A DNA stretch of 64,000 bases from Eledone cirrhosa (GCA_964016885.1 OZ024749.1:37882001-37946000); one strand, 5' to 3'. Positions 29,723-45,489 are shown, numbered from the stretch's first letter. Numbers and translations: made by a program. Notes: generated by a model from the letters alone, not told the origin.

Positions 29723-30059
29723 ATATATATATATATATATATATAAAGACCAAGATCCAGAGAGGAATTTATGTATATATATATATTTCTGCTAACTGAG
29801 ATCGAAGTTTCAGTTTAACATATTCATAATTATGTGTATTTTTGTTTTACTATATCAGTTTGAAGATTTAATCTATTACGATCGGAACGACTCTTGTGTC
29901 GATCAAATTTCTCATCAGATCCATAGATCAGAATCGAAACATGATACTAAAAACTTTGCAAATTATGTCAGTAGCGAACTGGTGTCGCTGCAAATACAAA
30001 CTTTCCACTCGAAACATCTTGTTCACCTATTGAATGCTTTAATCTGGTGCCACATATAA

Positions 30060-30202
30060 TAATTGTTTCTACTTTAGGCACAAGGCCAGCAATTAGCCAG
30101 TGCATTACTGGTACTTTATTTTATCGACCCCGTTTTATCGAACCTCGGCGGGATTTGAACTCAGATCGTAAAGGGACGTAACTATGCTGGAAAGCATGGC
30201 GT
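30060..30202 (-). mobile_element. SINE with internal deletion
   Basis: Reverse complement of the consensus tail, core and B-box. Confidence 0.8.
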
Positions 30203-30204
30203 GT

Positions 30205-30480
30205 GCAGTTCCTAGGGTCCACCGAAAACTATTTTGGTGGAATCTTTCTAGTACTTTGAAATGATGCTGACACACCTATAATAAAGCTGTCAGCATTCTT
30301 GTCTCATAGATGATTGTTTTTGCTCATAATATTTATGCTCCAGTCTGAACACACTCTTTTCATTGATATTTCCAATACAATACTTGCCTTCTGTAATCAA
30401 AAATGTATTTCTGCCTCTAAATTCTTGTCCATTGACAGAGTCTTAGCCAGATATCGAAAAGTATCCTCTGCTGCCAAACT
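30205..30480 (-). mobile_element. Decayed RTE-type LINE fragment
   Basis: Minus strand EDTFRYLAKTLSMDKNLEAEIHF*LQKAS resembles the post-RT F.YLGS.LS...L..EI..RI.KAS region. Confidence 0.55.
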
Positions 30481-30499
30481 CGTCGTATGCATATATATA

Positions 30500-30880
30500 T
30501 TTAGCACAGCATAATGTTCCTACCAGTTATGTTATATAGTCTTGACTGTGTTAATTGGACGATAAGGTCACTTCAGAAGCTCTCTACATTCCAGAACCAC
30601 ATCATGAGACTTATGACTGGCAAGCGGCTCAGCGACCGTATCTGTATCAGTGAGCTGCTCAACATTACCACACTTAGACCAATTACATCAATTGTCAAGT
30701 CAAGAGAACTCAAACTATACGGTCATATAAAAAGATCAACTCGTGGTGTGAGTAGGTTATGCCTGGAAGGAAAAGGCCGGCTGCCGAAACGATGGGTTGA
30801 TAATGTCAACTTATGGACTGGACTTGATCTTTGCTCTTTGAACCCTGCTGCTGGTGATTGAACTTTGTGGAGGGCGCATG
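30500..30880 (+). mobile_element. RTE-like LINE 3' fragment
   Basis: LPVMLYSLD..LSTFQNHIMR..RELKLYGHIKR..GRLPKRWVDNV. Confidence 0.75.
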
Positions 30881-31224
30881 ATAGATTTCTGAGAATTATA
30901 TTAGAAAAAAAGTATCGTCTTCGATTCCGAGAAATACTCTATATAAAATCATATTCTAAACACTATATTTCAAAATTATATGAAAATCAAAAGCAGAATC
31001 TTTCATTGAAAATATGGTAACACAAGAATTTAAACTTTTATGTCTATCTAAAAACATTCCATCATAATTTAATGTCAGAAAGTTATGTTACAAACACCAG
31101 GTTAATGAGGAAGTTAACCATTTTATTAAATCTTTCCAAATTCTTGATTATTTTCAACATTATTTGAAACCCATGGAGGACAGCGTCTTTCATTAGAAAT
31201 ATGGTTACCGAAGGGTTAAGCGGC

Positions 31225-31445
31225 CAATTGGCCGTCTTCGACGCCGGCAAATACGGTAAATTGAAAATTTGCCCATATATTTGGAAATGCATATTTGAGC
31301 CCCAGCATTGATTACAGTCGTGAAATATATAAGGAGTACAGTGAAGTATATAGTAAAGAATGCCGGAGAAGAAATGTCTCCCTGTTTAATAGCATTTACC
31401 ACAGAAATTTGTTCTGCCCTTCATGTCCAGGTGCGGTTATTTGAA
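31225..31445 (-). mobile_element. RTE-type reverse transcriptase fragment
   Basis: NAIKQGDISSPAFFTIYF matches the RT G(V/L)KQG..LSP.LF motif. Confidence 0.65.
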
Positions 31446-31485
31446 GATGTGCAAGAATATTTTATACACGCACACAGACACACAC

Positions 31486-31519
<34 letters not shown>

Positions 31520-31846
31520 TATATTCACACATACACACTATATACATGTATTTATGTGCGTGTGTATGTATACATGTCATTCTAAAACGCACATTTTAAG
31601 AAGGCCCGGGGAAGAAATTTTTATAATTTTTATAAAAGCTTTTTTTAATTTTTTAATAATTCCCCTTAATAAGAATTAAAATTAAAATGGAATCAATTTT
31701 CTATATCGTGTGTTCTTGGCTGGGTTTATTTCAATGTTAGGCACCCGATATATATATATGTGTGTATGTGTGTGTGTGTGTACGTATACATCTGTGCGTA
31801 CTTACATACCTACATAAATGCATACACACTCACGTGTATATACATA

Positions 31847-31949
<103 letters not shown>

Positions 31950-32156
31950 ATACATATATATATATACACACAGAAATATCTACGGTAAGTTGTGGGATCT
32001 AGTCTGCATGAAGAACTCTTTATATATATATATAATATATATATATATGTATGTATATATATATATATTATATATGTATATATATTATATATATATATAC
32101 ATATATATATATACATATATATACATATATATATACATATATAAACAATATATATA

Positions 32157-32218
<62 letters not shown>

Positions 32219-32260
32219 GCATACACATAAATATACTAGTATGCATGTACATGCGTTTGC

Positions 32261-32384
<124 letters not shown>

Positions 32385-32645
32385 GTGTGTGTGTGTGTGT
32401 GTTCGTGTGTGTGTGTGTATATGTGTGATAAGTTTTCGGATACGTTTAATGCGATTGCGAAATTGTTGCAGACAGATATAACAATAATGATATATTTGAC
32501 ATATACACACATACAATAGAAATATATATTTATGCTGATGATGATGGGGAGGAGGAAGAGGTGGAAGATGAGGAGGAAGAGGTTGAAGAGGAGGAGACGG
32601 GGAGGGGGGCGAGAAGACGCAGAAAGAAGTAAAAAGAATAATAAG

Positions 32646-32738
<93 letters not shown>

Positions 32739-33083
32739 CAACAACAACAACAACACCAACAACAACAACAAGGAGAACAAGACCAACAAGAACAACAACG
32801 ACAAGAGTAATAATAAGCCTTGAGGGTTTGAAAGAAGTAGTGAAACAAATCATAAATGAAAAATTTAATATTTTCCAAGATGGCTCCTAGTTTAACAATA
32901 GAGTTTCCCCACTATTTAATTACTCATCAATAATTTCCCTCTCCGCGCATATTTTCATTAGTTGCTTCATTTTTTTTGAGAGATTTTCTATATTTACTCA
33001 TTGCTTCCTTCTTCTATGGTGGCATTGCTGTTGTAATTATAGTTGTTGTTGCTGCTGTTGTTGTTGTTGTTCTTGCTGTGGTG

Positions 33084-33115
<32 letters not shown>

Positions 33116-35360
33116 GGTGGTGGTGGTAGTGGTGGTATGGTGGTGTTGTTGCTGTTGTTGTTGATGTTGTTGTCGTCGTTGCTGTGTTTGTTGTTGTTGT
33201 TGTTGTTGTTTGTTGTTGTATTTAATCTAGTTACTGCTGTTGTTATTGTTGCAGTTGATGTGGTTATGGTTGTTGTTGTTGTTGGTGATGTTGTCGTTAT
33301 CGTTGCTGTGTTTGTTGTTGTAGTAGTTGATACGATTTTAGTTGGTGTTGCTGTTGTTGTTATTGTTGTAGTGGATATAGCTTTAGTCGGTGTTGTTGTT
33401 GTATCTTATGTAGTAGTTGTTATTGTTGTTAGTTTTGCAGTCGATATAAAGGTTGTTATATGTATAGTTTTTGTTGTTGTTGTTGTTGTTATGGTATTAG
33501 ACTGTATACTTGATGACATTCGCCGTTGTTGTTATAGTTACTGTCAATTTATTTGATGTTGTTGTTGTTATTGTAGATGTAGTTGGTCCAATATTATTAT
33601 TATTGTTGTTGTTGTTGTTGTTGTTGTAGATGGTGCAGTTGATATTGTTACTGTTGTCATTGTTGTTGTAGCTGTACTGTTATTTGCTGTTATAGTTGTA
33701 CATGATACAGTTTATGTTTTAGTATGTTGTTTTACCTAATGTCTGTGGCTGAAATTTCCACAAAATTAAATTCATAACAAGTAGAAAGAAAAAAAATATA
33801 TATATAAAATATAAAATATAAAGATAAAGAAAGCAAGAAAAAATTACTAATTATTTCGTAATTAAAAGTCCATTAATAAAGAAAATAAAAAATAATAATA
33901 ATATTAATGTTGTAGTGACAAACTGAACAAAAGAAGTAGGTTCACTTGACACTCGGAGTTGTTGTGACAGTATTAATGGCTGTCTCACTCTCTTTCGAAG
34001 TATTCAAGAGAGGAATTTTACATTAACTTTTTACTTTTTGTTGTTGTTATATAACATTTTTTATTTTGTTGTTTTTTTGTATTTTTATTGTGGTTTTGTT
34101 GAAGTCTCCTCCTCGAGGTTGTAAAGGATTTGAACTACGTCTTGAGACTAACAACAAAAACAACAAAAAAAACAACACATTTGCCAATGAAATAAGGTTC
34201 CAATTCCCATTATTAATAACCAACATCAACGACAAATTTAACCCTTTCCTTATTATGTTTCTATTAAATAAAAATACTTATGATTCTCAGATAATTTTGA
34301 AAGTAATCATGGATTTGGAAGGATTCTGTAAAATAGATAAATTTCTCATTTTTAAGTTAGTCTTTAGAACATAACTTTACAAAGGTTATTAAATATTATT
34401 TTGGAAAGTTATTAAAAGCTTTATATAGATAAATGTAACCCTTTCATTCTCCTATTTCTAATGAAAGACACTGCCTATAATTTTCAAATAATCAAGCATT
34501 TGGAAATGATTTATTTATTCATATAACTTAAAATGATACTTGGAACACAACATAGAGATTCTTAAAAAGAAATATGATGGAAGATGTTTTCAAACAAATA
34601 TCAACACACTAAAATATTCAACGTTATATCATAGGAAAGTTTGTGGTTTTATGTCAAAAGGATTAAACAAGGAAGGACTATAATCCCCATGAATCATGTC
34701 TATTATGAAAGGAGCTTCAACGAGGTCGATTGCTCCATTAGTTACTGGAATTACCTAAAATGAAACACACTCTCTTCATTCTTCGGAATACAAACATTAT
34801 ATAATGTAGTCCTTGACCGTAGATCATCAATTCCATAATTCCTAATGTCGCAGGTATATATGCGTGTATGTCGACACTTACAAGTATGTATGTGTATGTA
34901 TAGCAGCATGCCTGCCTGCATCCAAGAATATATGTGTGAGCCTCAAGGTTTGTGTGTGTTGCAGTTTTCTAAATATATTTTTACATCTTGGCATACAGCA
35001 TGGCTAGAGCTAATGTAGTCATATAGGCACCTTCTTCGCATACGATATGAATAGGGCACATTTAAAAATGGCGGCATCCATCCATCACAAGGTTTCACGA
35101 AAGTCTAGAAAGAGTGAGGAGGGTGAAATAAATGAGAAAGAAACGGAATTGCCCCCAGTAAAGATACAGTATTTACAGTTCCCTGAAAGGCAAAGTTAGC
35201 CTAAGAAGTATATTAACCCAGAACACAGAAATTCGGATTAAATGCAACAAAACATTCTATATGACCTCTTTAGCCATATATCTATGGATGCACTTCGATA
35301 ATTTGAAATTTGAAATATTGGAATCAAAGTCCAGAAAATAACTATAACAACAGCCGATCA

Positions 35361-35532
35361 TCGGTAGAGTGTCGGACGCCATGCTTTGCAGCATAGTTTC
35401 GCCCCTTTATGGTCTGAGTTCGAATCCCGCCGAGGTTAACTTTGCCTTTCATCCTTACGGCGTCGATAAAATAAAGTACCAGTAATGCACTGGGATAATT
35501 GCTGGCCTTCTGCCAAAAGTAGAAACAATTAT
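35361..35532 (+). mobile_element. SINE
   Basis: B-box GAGTTCGAATCCC, core and tail. Confidence 0.85.
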
Positions 35533-35689
35533 TTATAGTGAGTGACTGTAGTTACACTTATATTGTGCGTTTGGAGTCCCACATTTCAAATATGTATATA
35601 TATAAATATGTGTGTGTGTGTAACGGGTAAACAAAAATAAGAAAACAAACGGCACAGAACATGGAAGAAATATATTAGTTTAACGCTTG

Positions 35690-35748
<59 letters not shown>

Positions 35749-35750
<2 letters not shown>

Positions 35751-35830
35751 GTTAGAAACTCAGAGTAGTCTCTGACAATTAAATAGCTCTAAGAAAAAAG
35801 CTTTTCCGAGCCGTGTAATATAATTGAATA
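35749..35830 (-). mobile_element. Family D element end
   Basis: Reverse complement of 58980-59061; abuts (TA)n. Confidence 0.6.
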
Positions 35831-36235
35831 AACAAGAGAGATGAACACTAATATAAACATACATGTGTTCGTATCGTAAGACTAGCTAGGGTAAAACATT
35901 ACTAACTACAGCAATATGCTTTGTCAGACTTTATTTTAAGTAGAAAATTAAGAAAAATAACAGAACTATATATATATATATAATACAGATCCACATTTAG
36001 TCATACACGCACATAAGAAAGAATAGATAAATTTACATAAGAAAACACACACACACAGGCGGGCGCACGCGCAAACACACAGACACACACACACACACAC
36101 ACGCACACAGACATATACACCTAAGATGAGGAAATCTTCCAAGGTAAAAAAAAAGAGACACTATAACAACAACAATAACAACAACAACAACAACAACACT
36201 AATAATAACAATAAGGATAATGACAATGATGGTGG

Positions 36236-36292
<57 letters not shown>

Positions 36293-36687
36293 CGATGATG
36301 AGAATGATGATGATGATGATGATGATGAAAGAATTTAGTTGGATCGCCAAAGTTCAGATTTTGGCACGAAACTAAAGAGAATTTCCTGTGATTTTTTTGA
36401 TTTTTTTTATATATTTTTGCCAAATAAAATCCGGAAAATAATGCTGGAAAGTTGGAGAAAGCAAGGAATGGTTTAGAAATCCGGATTAGAAGGAAAGACA
36501 GGAAACAATTGTACAGAAAATGTTTTAATAGCAAATGTAAAAATACATTTGGAAAACAGAATTCCGCTCGCGCACACACACACAGACGCTCACGCACTCA
36601 CACACACATATACACACACATACATACATACATAGATACACAAACACACTTCATTTATATATGGCTGCACGGGTCGCACACACACAC

Positions 36688-36736
<49 letters not shown>

Positions 36737-36814
36737 CATACGTATACACACGCACATACAAACACATACATATGTGTATATATATATGTATATATACATA
36801 CATATATATATATT

Positions 36815-36848
<34 letters not shown>

Positions 36849-36890
36849 CATACATATACACACACACATCCAAACACATACATATGTATT

Positions 36891-36922
<32 letters not shown>

Positions 36923-37464
36923 TATATATACACATACAAACACATACATATGTACATATTTACATATATATATATATATATATATGCGGATACATACACA
37001 CACATATTCATAACTACATACGTACACAAACACACATGCATAGACATATAAGTGGATACATACATATACGCATGCACACACACGCATACACACAATCGTA
37101 CGAACATGTGGATATAGGCACACATACGGGCACAATCAGACACACATATACACGGGGGATACATAAGCTCACATGCGCTTAGACAAGCGTATGTATGAAC
37201 ACACAGATACACAAACAAACAAACATACACACATATATTACCTGGATATATTACGTAAACGAACCACCATTGATATAATCACTACTACCATCACATTCAA
37301 AAGAACAACCAGAAAAGACCCCCATATTAAACAACAGCACTAGTGCTACCACCATTAACGAAACTAGACAAAACAAAAAGATTTTTAAGAAGTGATAACA
37401 TCGCTATCATCAACATTATCGTCACGAATCACAGCAATAGTATAAAAATGATCAAAATTGAATA

Positions 37465-37540
<76 letters not shown>

Positions 37541-37581
37541 TAAGACATAATTATTATATATATATATATATATATATATAT

Positions 37582-37747
37582 TCTATTCTAAGGCGGGTAA
37601 AATTCCCGAGATCCATGGACGAGTTCTCTCCAGCGGTCTCTGTCCCTCATTATCGCTGCCATATCCTGCATCTCCAACAGACCAGTGTCTGTCCTTAGGG
37701 CATCAACATACGTTAACCTTGGTCTTCCTCTTCTAGTGTGTCCATGC
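37582..37747 (-). mobile_element. RTE-like LINE 3' end
   Basis: HGHTRRGRPRLTYVDALRTDTG..MRDRDRWRE; second copy at 56241. Confidence 0.75.
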
Positions 37748-37751
37748 ATAT

Positions 37752-38088
37752 ATATATTGAAAGGATAGCAAGGACTATTGGTTACTCCTTCATTGCATTT
37801 ATTGGTAGGTGAGGCGCGTTTCGCCACTGATCAGCTCAAGGTTCGAACGGTATCGATCCTACCCGACCCAATGATCGGATAGGATCAATACAGATCGAAC
37901 CTTGAGCTGATCAGTGGCGAAACGCGCGTCATCTACCAATAAATGTAATGAAGGAGTAACCAATAGTCCTTGTTATCCTTTCAATATATTACACTCTGTA
38001 TAGCTCTACACCTCGACACAGAAGTGAACCTAAACATCGAGTGCTCACCCGGGTGAACGTGCAGTAACTCCAAGTTACACCAACTGGA
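37752..38088 (+). mobile_element. TA-inserted fold-back element with arms of about 115 bp and a half hammerhead
   Basis: Palindrome 37752-37989; GAAAC-GCGC-GTC at 37919-37930; the long arm continues to 38088. Confidence 0.7.
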
Positions 38089-38192
38089 TATAGATATATA
38101 TATATATGTACATATATAAATATACATATGTATATATATATACATAAAATATATATATGTATGCATATATATGTACATATATATATACATAT

Positions 38193-38224
<32 letters not shown>

Positions 38225-38253
38225 TTATATATACATATATACATATATATATG

Positions 38254-38362
<109 letters not shown>

Positions 38363-38459
38363 GTATATATATATATGTATATATATGTATATATATGTAT
38401 ATATATATGTACATATATATATACATACAAACATATATATATATATATATATTTATATT

Positions 38460-38539
<80 letters not shown>

Positions 38540-38587
38540 TATATCAATGATATTAATAAATGGAAACTATATTTATAAAACCATATT

Positions 38588-38652
38588 TATTGTATTATAT
38601 ATATATATTTCAAGGGTACCAACATTTTGGTACGCGCTCATCAGATAAAATA
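38588..38652 (-). ncRNA. Type I hammerhead ribozyme motif
   Basis: Minus strand: TATTTTAT-CTGATGA-GCGCGTACCA..TGGTACCCTT-GAAA-(TA)n palindromic stem III-UA-ATACAATA. Confidence 0.65.
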
Positions 38653-38788
38653 GAAAATTTGTTTTATAAATGGTGACATACCCAAGAAACCAGACCTTAT
38701 CAGTACAGGTTCAGTTTGGATAGAGTGCTTCGAATCTGGTATAAATATATTTGTTGAATAACCAACAAATTAAATATATTTTTACTTA

Positions 38789-38849
<61 letters not shown>

Positions 38850-38852
<3 letters not shown>

Positions 38853-38900
38853 TATGTATGTATACGTACATACATATATGTATACAGACGTACAGTAGTA

Positions 38901-38966
<66 letters not shown>

Positions 38967-39017
38967 TACTACTGTACGTCTGTATACATATATGTATGTA
39001 CGTATACATACATACTT
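38850..39017. repeat. Perfect palindrome centred on a TA tract
   Basis: Arms of about 54 bp, AAGTATGTATGTATACGTAC..CAGTAGTATGC and the exact inverse. Confidence 0.9.
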
Positions 39018-39079
39018 ACATTTAAGTAAGTGCCGTACTAAGAGTGAGAAATGAAATTTCGTTTCATCCTATTTCAACT

Positions 39080-39137
<58 letters not shown>

Positions 39138-39146
39138 GGGAGAGAG

Positions 39147-39205
<59 letters not shown>

Positions 39206-39414
39206 GAAAGAAAAATTGAGTGAATGGGATACATGAATAGACAGACAGATAGATAGATAAGCAACCAATCAAATCTGCATGTACTGCTGACTAAACATAT
39301 TTAGATACTTTTCCACATAATTTTGCTTACATATTTCCCGGCTACCTCTTCAGTTAGAATAATGTGAAACATGAAACTCAGTTACATGTCAATATACCTA
39401 TATATAAATACACA

Positions 39415-39524
<110 letters not shown>

Positions 39525-39748
39525 CAAATGAATATATGATAGGGAAAAACACTGATACAAGTATACATGTGTTCGCATTGCAAATGACCAAGTTAGCTAG
39601 ATTGAAAAATACCAATTAAAATAATACGGTTTGCCTCTCTCGATTTAAAATAATAAATCAATAAAAACAAACCTATATTGGCAATAGCCATGATAGCTGG
39701 ACACTTAATTGTATTTAATTGTAAAAGACTATTTGAGTTTATAACTCT
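39525..39748. mobile_element. Family D element, rearranged (inverted arm joined to the terminal 35 bp)
   Basis: 39525-39703 is the reverse complement of about 58804-58985; 39712-39748 matches 59026-59061. Confidence 0.65.
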
Positions 39749-39819
39749 ATATATAATATTATATATATATACATATATATTTAGAGAGAGAGAGAGAGAG
39801 AGAGTGCGTGTGTTATTAC

Positions 39820-39912
<93 letters not shown>

Positions 39913-39932
39913 TATATATATTTATATATATT

Positions 39933-40015
<83 letters not shown>

Positions 40016-40180
40016 CAGCACTAACTATGAGCAAAGTGTATGTAAAGTGTGAGAGAGATCGAAGAATTTAAAGAGCGAACAAGGAGAGACGGAGGACGAG
40101 GCGGGCAAAAGGAACAGAATGAAAGAGAAAATGAGCTATGTTGAACAAAAGATAACAAAACACAATCAATGATAATATTA

Positions 40181-41100
<920 letters not shown>

Positions 41101-42074
41101 AATAATAATAATAATAATGATTTCATTTATTTATAATAATAATAGTAATAATAATAATAAGTAGAAGAAGAAGAAGTATGGCAACGATAATTTTAAATTG
41201 AAGTGAGAAAATATTTCAAAAGGATTATTTCCTTATCTCTAACAGTTCTTAGAAGAGGAACATGGAAACGAGGTGGTGGTGGTATTGTTGTTGTGGTGGT
41301 GTTGACTGGAAGTTGCTGGAAGATAGGCTGAATTAAAAGATATATAATGTATAAGGTAGTTGGGTGGAGTTGGGTGCTGGAGAATAGTTGTTTTAGCTGT
41401 TTAGTTCTTAGCTTCCAGTCACGACACAGTAAAAACAAGGTATCGTCTGCATTTCGAAAGGAAAGCCGGAAATAGCGTTTGACTAGAGAGTGAAAAGGCA
41501 GACGATCATCATAGATGATCAATGCAACGTCTGTCGTGACCAGTGAACAATGTGTTGGATGACGTCATCGTGACGTTGCCTCGCGGCATCGTGATCTGGC
41601 TATGCCGGAGTGAAAACACAGCCTCGGGGCGGGTTAGGTTAGAAACATTGACAGAGATAAACAGAACGGACTGTGTCACTGTCATACCTGAGTGAAAATT
41701 CCAATCATTCGATGAGTACAGCTAAATTGTCTACCATAGTTGAAATAAATAACCCGAATAACCCGAATAATGAAAGCAGAAACAATCCCTATAATAACAT
41801 ATGCTCTGGGAATGATCGAAAAACAAAGAGAGATATATAACCAAAAGCCGAGGACTTACAAACATATATTAGGCAGTGCACACATATTATGATGAGTACT
41901 TTTCGTGTAAAAGAAACAAAACAACATAAGCAAAACAACTCTGTACATATCCAAGGTGCACAGATCTGTGCTCCGTAATGCGGTAATGACACAACATAGT
42001 ACTAATATCAATAATAGTAATAATATAGTAATAATATTAATATAGTAATAATATAGTAATAATATTAATAAAAA

Positions 42075-42259
42075 GGCGGTGGATTGGCAGTATCGGTAGA
42101 GGGTCGGACGCCATGCTTTCCAGCATACTTACGTCTCTTTACGATCTGAGTTCAAATCCCGCCGAGGTTGACTTTGCCTTTCATCCTTACGGGGTCGATA
42201 AAATAAAGTACCAGTAATGAACTGGGTTATTGCTGGCCTTGTGCCTAAAGTAGAAACAA
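42075..42259 (+). mobile_element. SINE, full length
   Basis: GGCGGTGGATTGGCAGTATCGG..GAGTTCAAATC..AGAAACAA. Confidence 0.9.
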
Positions 42260-42267
42260 ATATTAAT

Positions 42268-42827
42268 AATTGTTTCTACTTTTGGCACAAGGCCAGCAAT
42301 TACCCCAGTGCATTACTGGTATTTTATTTTATCGACCCCGTAAGGATGATAGGCAAAGTGAAACTCGGCGGGATTTGGACTCAGACCGTAAAGACACGTA
42401 ACTATGCTGGAAAGCATGGCGTCCGACTCTCTACCGGTACAATAATAATATTAATAATTGTTTCTACTTTTGGCACAAGGCCAGCAATTACCCCAGTGCA
42501 TTACTGGTACTTTATTTTATCGACCCCGTAAGGATGATAGGCAAAGTTAACCTCGGCGGGACTTGAACTCATAACGTAAAGGGCCATAACTCTATGCTGC
42601 AAAGCATGGCGCCCAACTTTCTACCGATACTGCTAATGCACCGCGGTAATAATAATTGTTTCTACTTTTGGCACAAGGCCAGCAATTATTCCAGTGCATT
42701 ACTGGTACTTTATTTTATCGACCCCGTAAGGATGAAAGGCAAAGTTAACCTCGGTCTAATTTGAATTCAGATCATAAAGGGACGCAACTCTATTCTGGAA
42801 AGCATGGCGTCCGACCCTCTACCGATA
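42268..42827 (-). mobile_element. Three tandem SINE copies (about 42268-42440, 42456-42643, 42652-42827)
   Basis: Each begins AATTGTTTCTACTTTTGGCACAAGGCCAGC on the + strand. Confidence 0.9.
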
Positions 42828-42840
42828 ATAATAATAATAA

Positions 42841-42975
42841 TGCATCAGAAATTCTGGTCTCACTGATGGTCACCACATATATGTCCAGTGACCTGAGGTC
42901 GTTGTGCAGGTAGTTCTGTTTCCAAGACGACCCATGGCTACGGTCATTTACGCTGTCTATTTTGAGTGAAGCCAT
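42841..42975 (-). mobile_element. N-terminal fragment of a LINE ORF2 APE endonuclease (L1/Tx1-like)
   Basis: MASLKIDSVNDRS..DLRSLDIYVVTISETRI resembles the LKI.S.NVRG..D....QET motif. Confidence 0.65.
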
Positions 42976-43477
42976 ATTCGATGAATAGGAGGAAAAGGTG
43001 GGAAAGGTCACTTACCTTAGACCTTTTGGAGGAAGGAACCCTGCAGCTACAGGGGCCCATACACACTGTACGTATGTCACAAAAGAGGCACAAAATATGT
43101 GAAGATACACACAAATATACATACATATACATTCATAGATACTCATACAAACATATACGCGTATATATGTATATATATACACACACGTGTATATATATCA
43201 AGGCACTATTTTATAAACACTTCTGTGTGCGAATGAGAGAAAGAGTCTTTCACAATTGCTTACGGTTTCACAGCGAGGCTTATAAACTGGTTGCTTATTG
43301 CTTGTCTATTAAGATGCAGTTGTTGCTAATGGTCTGTTATCAACAGCGACTATTTTTTTAGCATCATATCTACTAACCGCTAGTTTCTGTAATTGTTGCT
43401 GTTTGTCTGGTTGCGACCGCTGTTAAACAGTTATTATATGTGTCGAAAATGAAAAGAGCAGCTTATTGTCTCAAAAA

Positions 43478-43760
43478 TTAGCAATATGTCGTCTCAAATG
43501 TTAGCAATCCGTAACCACAAATATTAATAGTATATAGTCTGAAGTTTTAGCAATATATATAGTCTGAAATTTTAGCTACATATAACCTCAACTGTTTGCA
43601 ATATGTAGACTCAGAGATTAGCAATATATAACCTTAAATGTTAACCATATGTTGTCTCAGAGATTAGCTATATATTAAGTCGAATACTAGTAATATAGTC
43701 TCAGATATTATCAATATATTACCTCGAATATTAGCACTATGTATTCTAACAAATTAGCAA
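43478..43760. repeat. Degenerate 23-bp minisatellite, about 12 copies
   Basis: TTAGCAATAT..GTCTCAGAGA-like unit recurring about every 23 bp. Confidence 0.75.
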
Positions 43761-43968
43761 ATCTCGGTGAAGCATGACGTTCTACATCTAAGCCTCATAT
43801 TACTGAAACATCCTTGTTAACTGTGGTTGATCTGGTAAGTTCTACTGTATGTAGAGTTAGGGGCGGCAGTTACATTCCAGTTAACAAATCCATTTCCTTA
43901 GCCACTGATTAGTAGCTACCTCCATAATTAATTATAATCCGAAATATAAAAATGGACGGGAGGTTTCT

Positions 43969-44015
<47 letters not shown>

Positions 44016-45067
44016 TACCCTCAACAGCAACTCTAGAGCCACCACCAAACAATTTCCATTTTAATGTTGTAAAAGAGAAATAAATATATTATAGTAGAAA
44101 GGAAACGGGGATTTTATTGACCAAGAAACAGCATAAGAATTATTTTCGTCCTGTCAATTCGGTATTGGATATTTCTCCACCCACCGTACCCCCAATGTCA
44201 TACCGGGGGCTAAATCAAAACTTTTAAGTTGGAAACATCTAGGAAAATACAGCTATAAAAATATCTAAATGGGAAAAATCTCCATGTCAGAAATAACAGG
44301 AAGGAAAATGGAAAAGCTCTCCAAACATAGGAGGAATATTAAAGTGGAAAATCTGTCAAAGAACTTTACTCGCTCTAACAGGAAGCGAGCATTTCATTTA
44401 GCGTCCACACTTCGCAATAATAATAATAGTAATAATAATAGTAATAATAATAATAATAATAAAAATAATAGTAATAATGATGATAATAAAAATAATGGTA
44501 AATTAGGTTTGCGTCAGAGTTAGACATCAGGTACTCGCATACATACATACATACATACATACATACATACATACATACATACATACATACATACATACAT
44601 ACTAAACATACATACATACATACATACATACATACATACATACATACATACATACTAAACATACATACATACATACATACATACATACATACATACATAC
44701 ATACATACTAACATACATACATACATACATACATACATACATACATACATACATACATACATACAAATACACGAAGATACAAACACGTACACACAAAGAC
44801 ACATACTTGCAAACATACATAATCGCATACGTGTGCGTGCATGTGTTTGTATCGCTTGGTAGTTGTAATAAGATAAGAATTAGAACTACTAAAAGTATTA
44901 TTGGAATATTTTATGAGCATGTTTTCCGTCAACAGCTATTAATACTGAACTATAGAGGTTTAAGCATCATTACTAAACGGTAACTACTATTATATTCTCT
45001 TCCCTTAAACTTTCTACACTTTCAAGGCTTTTTACCAATTTAATGTTATTGTTGTAGGCAGCCATTA

Positions 45068-45129
<62 letters not shown>

Positions 45130-45156
45130 ATGTATGTATATGTATATACATGTATA

Positions 45157-45184
<28 letters not shown>

Positions 45185-45190
<6 letters not shown>

Positions 45191-45263
45191 TGTATGTATC
45201 TATATGCTTATACATGTATACATTATATGTATATATGTATGTATATAAACACACACGTAGCCT

Positions 45264-45299
<36 letters not shown>

Positions 45300-45372
45300 T
45301 GTATGTATGTATATGCTTATACATGTATACATTATATGTGTATATGTATGTATATAAACACACACGTAGCCT

Positions 45373-45416
<44 letters not shown>

Positions 45417-45489
45417 TGTATGTATGTATATGCTTATACATGTATACATTATATGTATATATGTATGTATATAAACACACACGTAGCCT

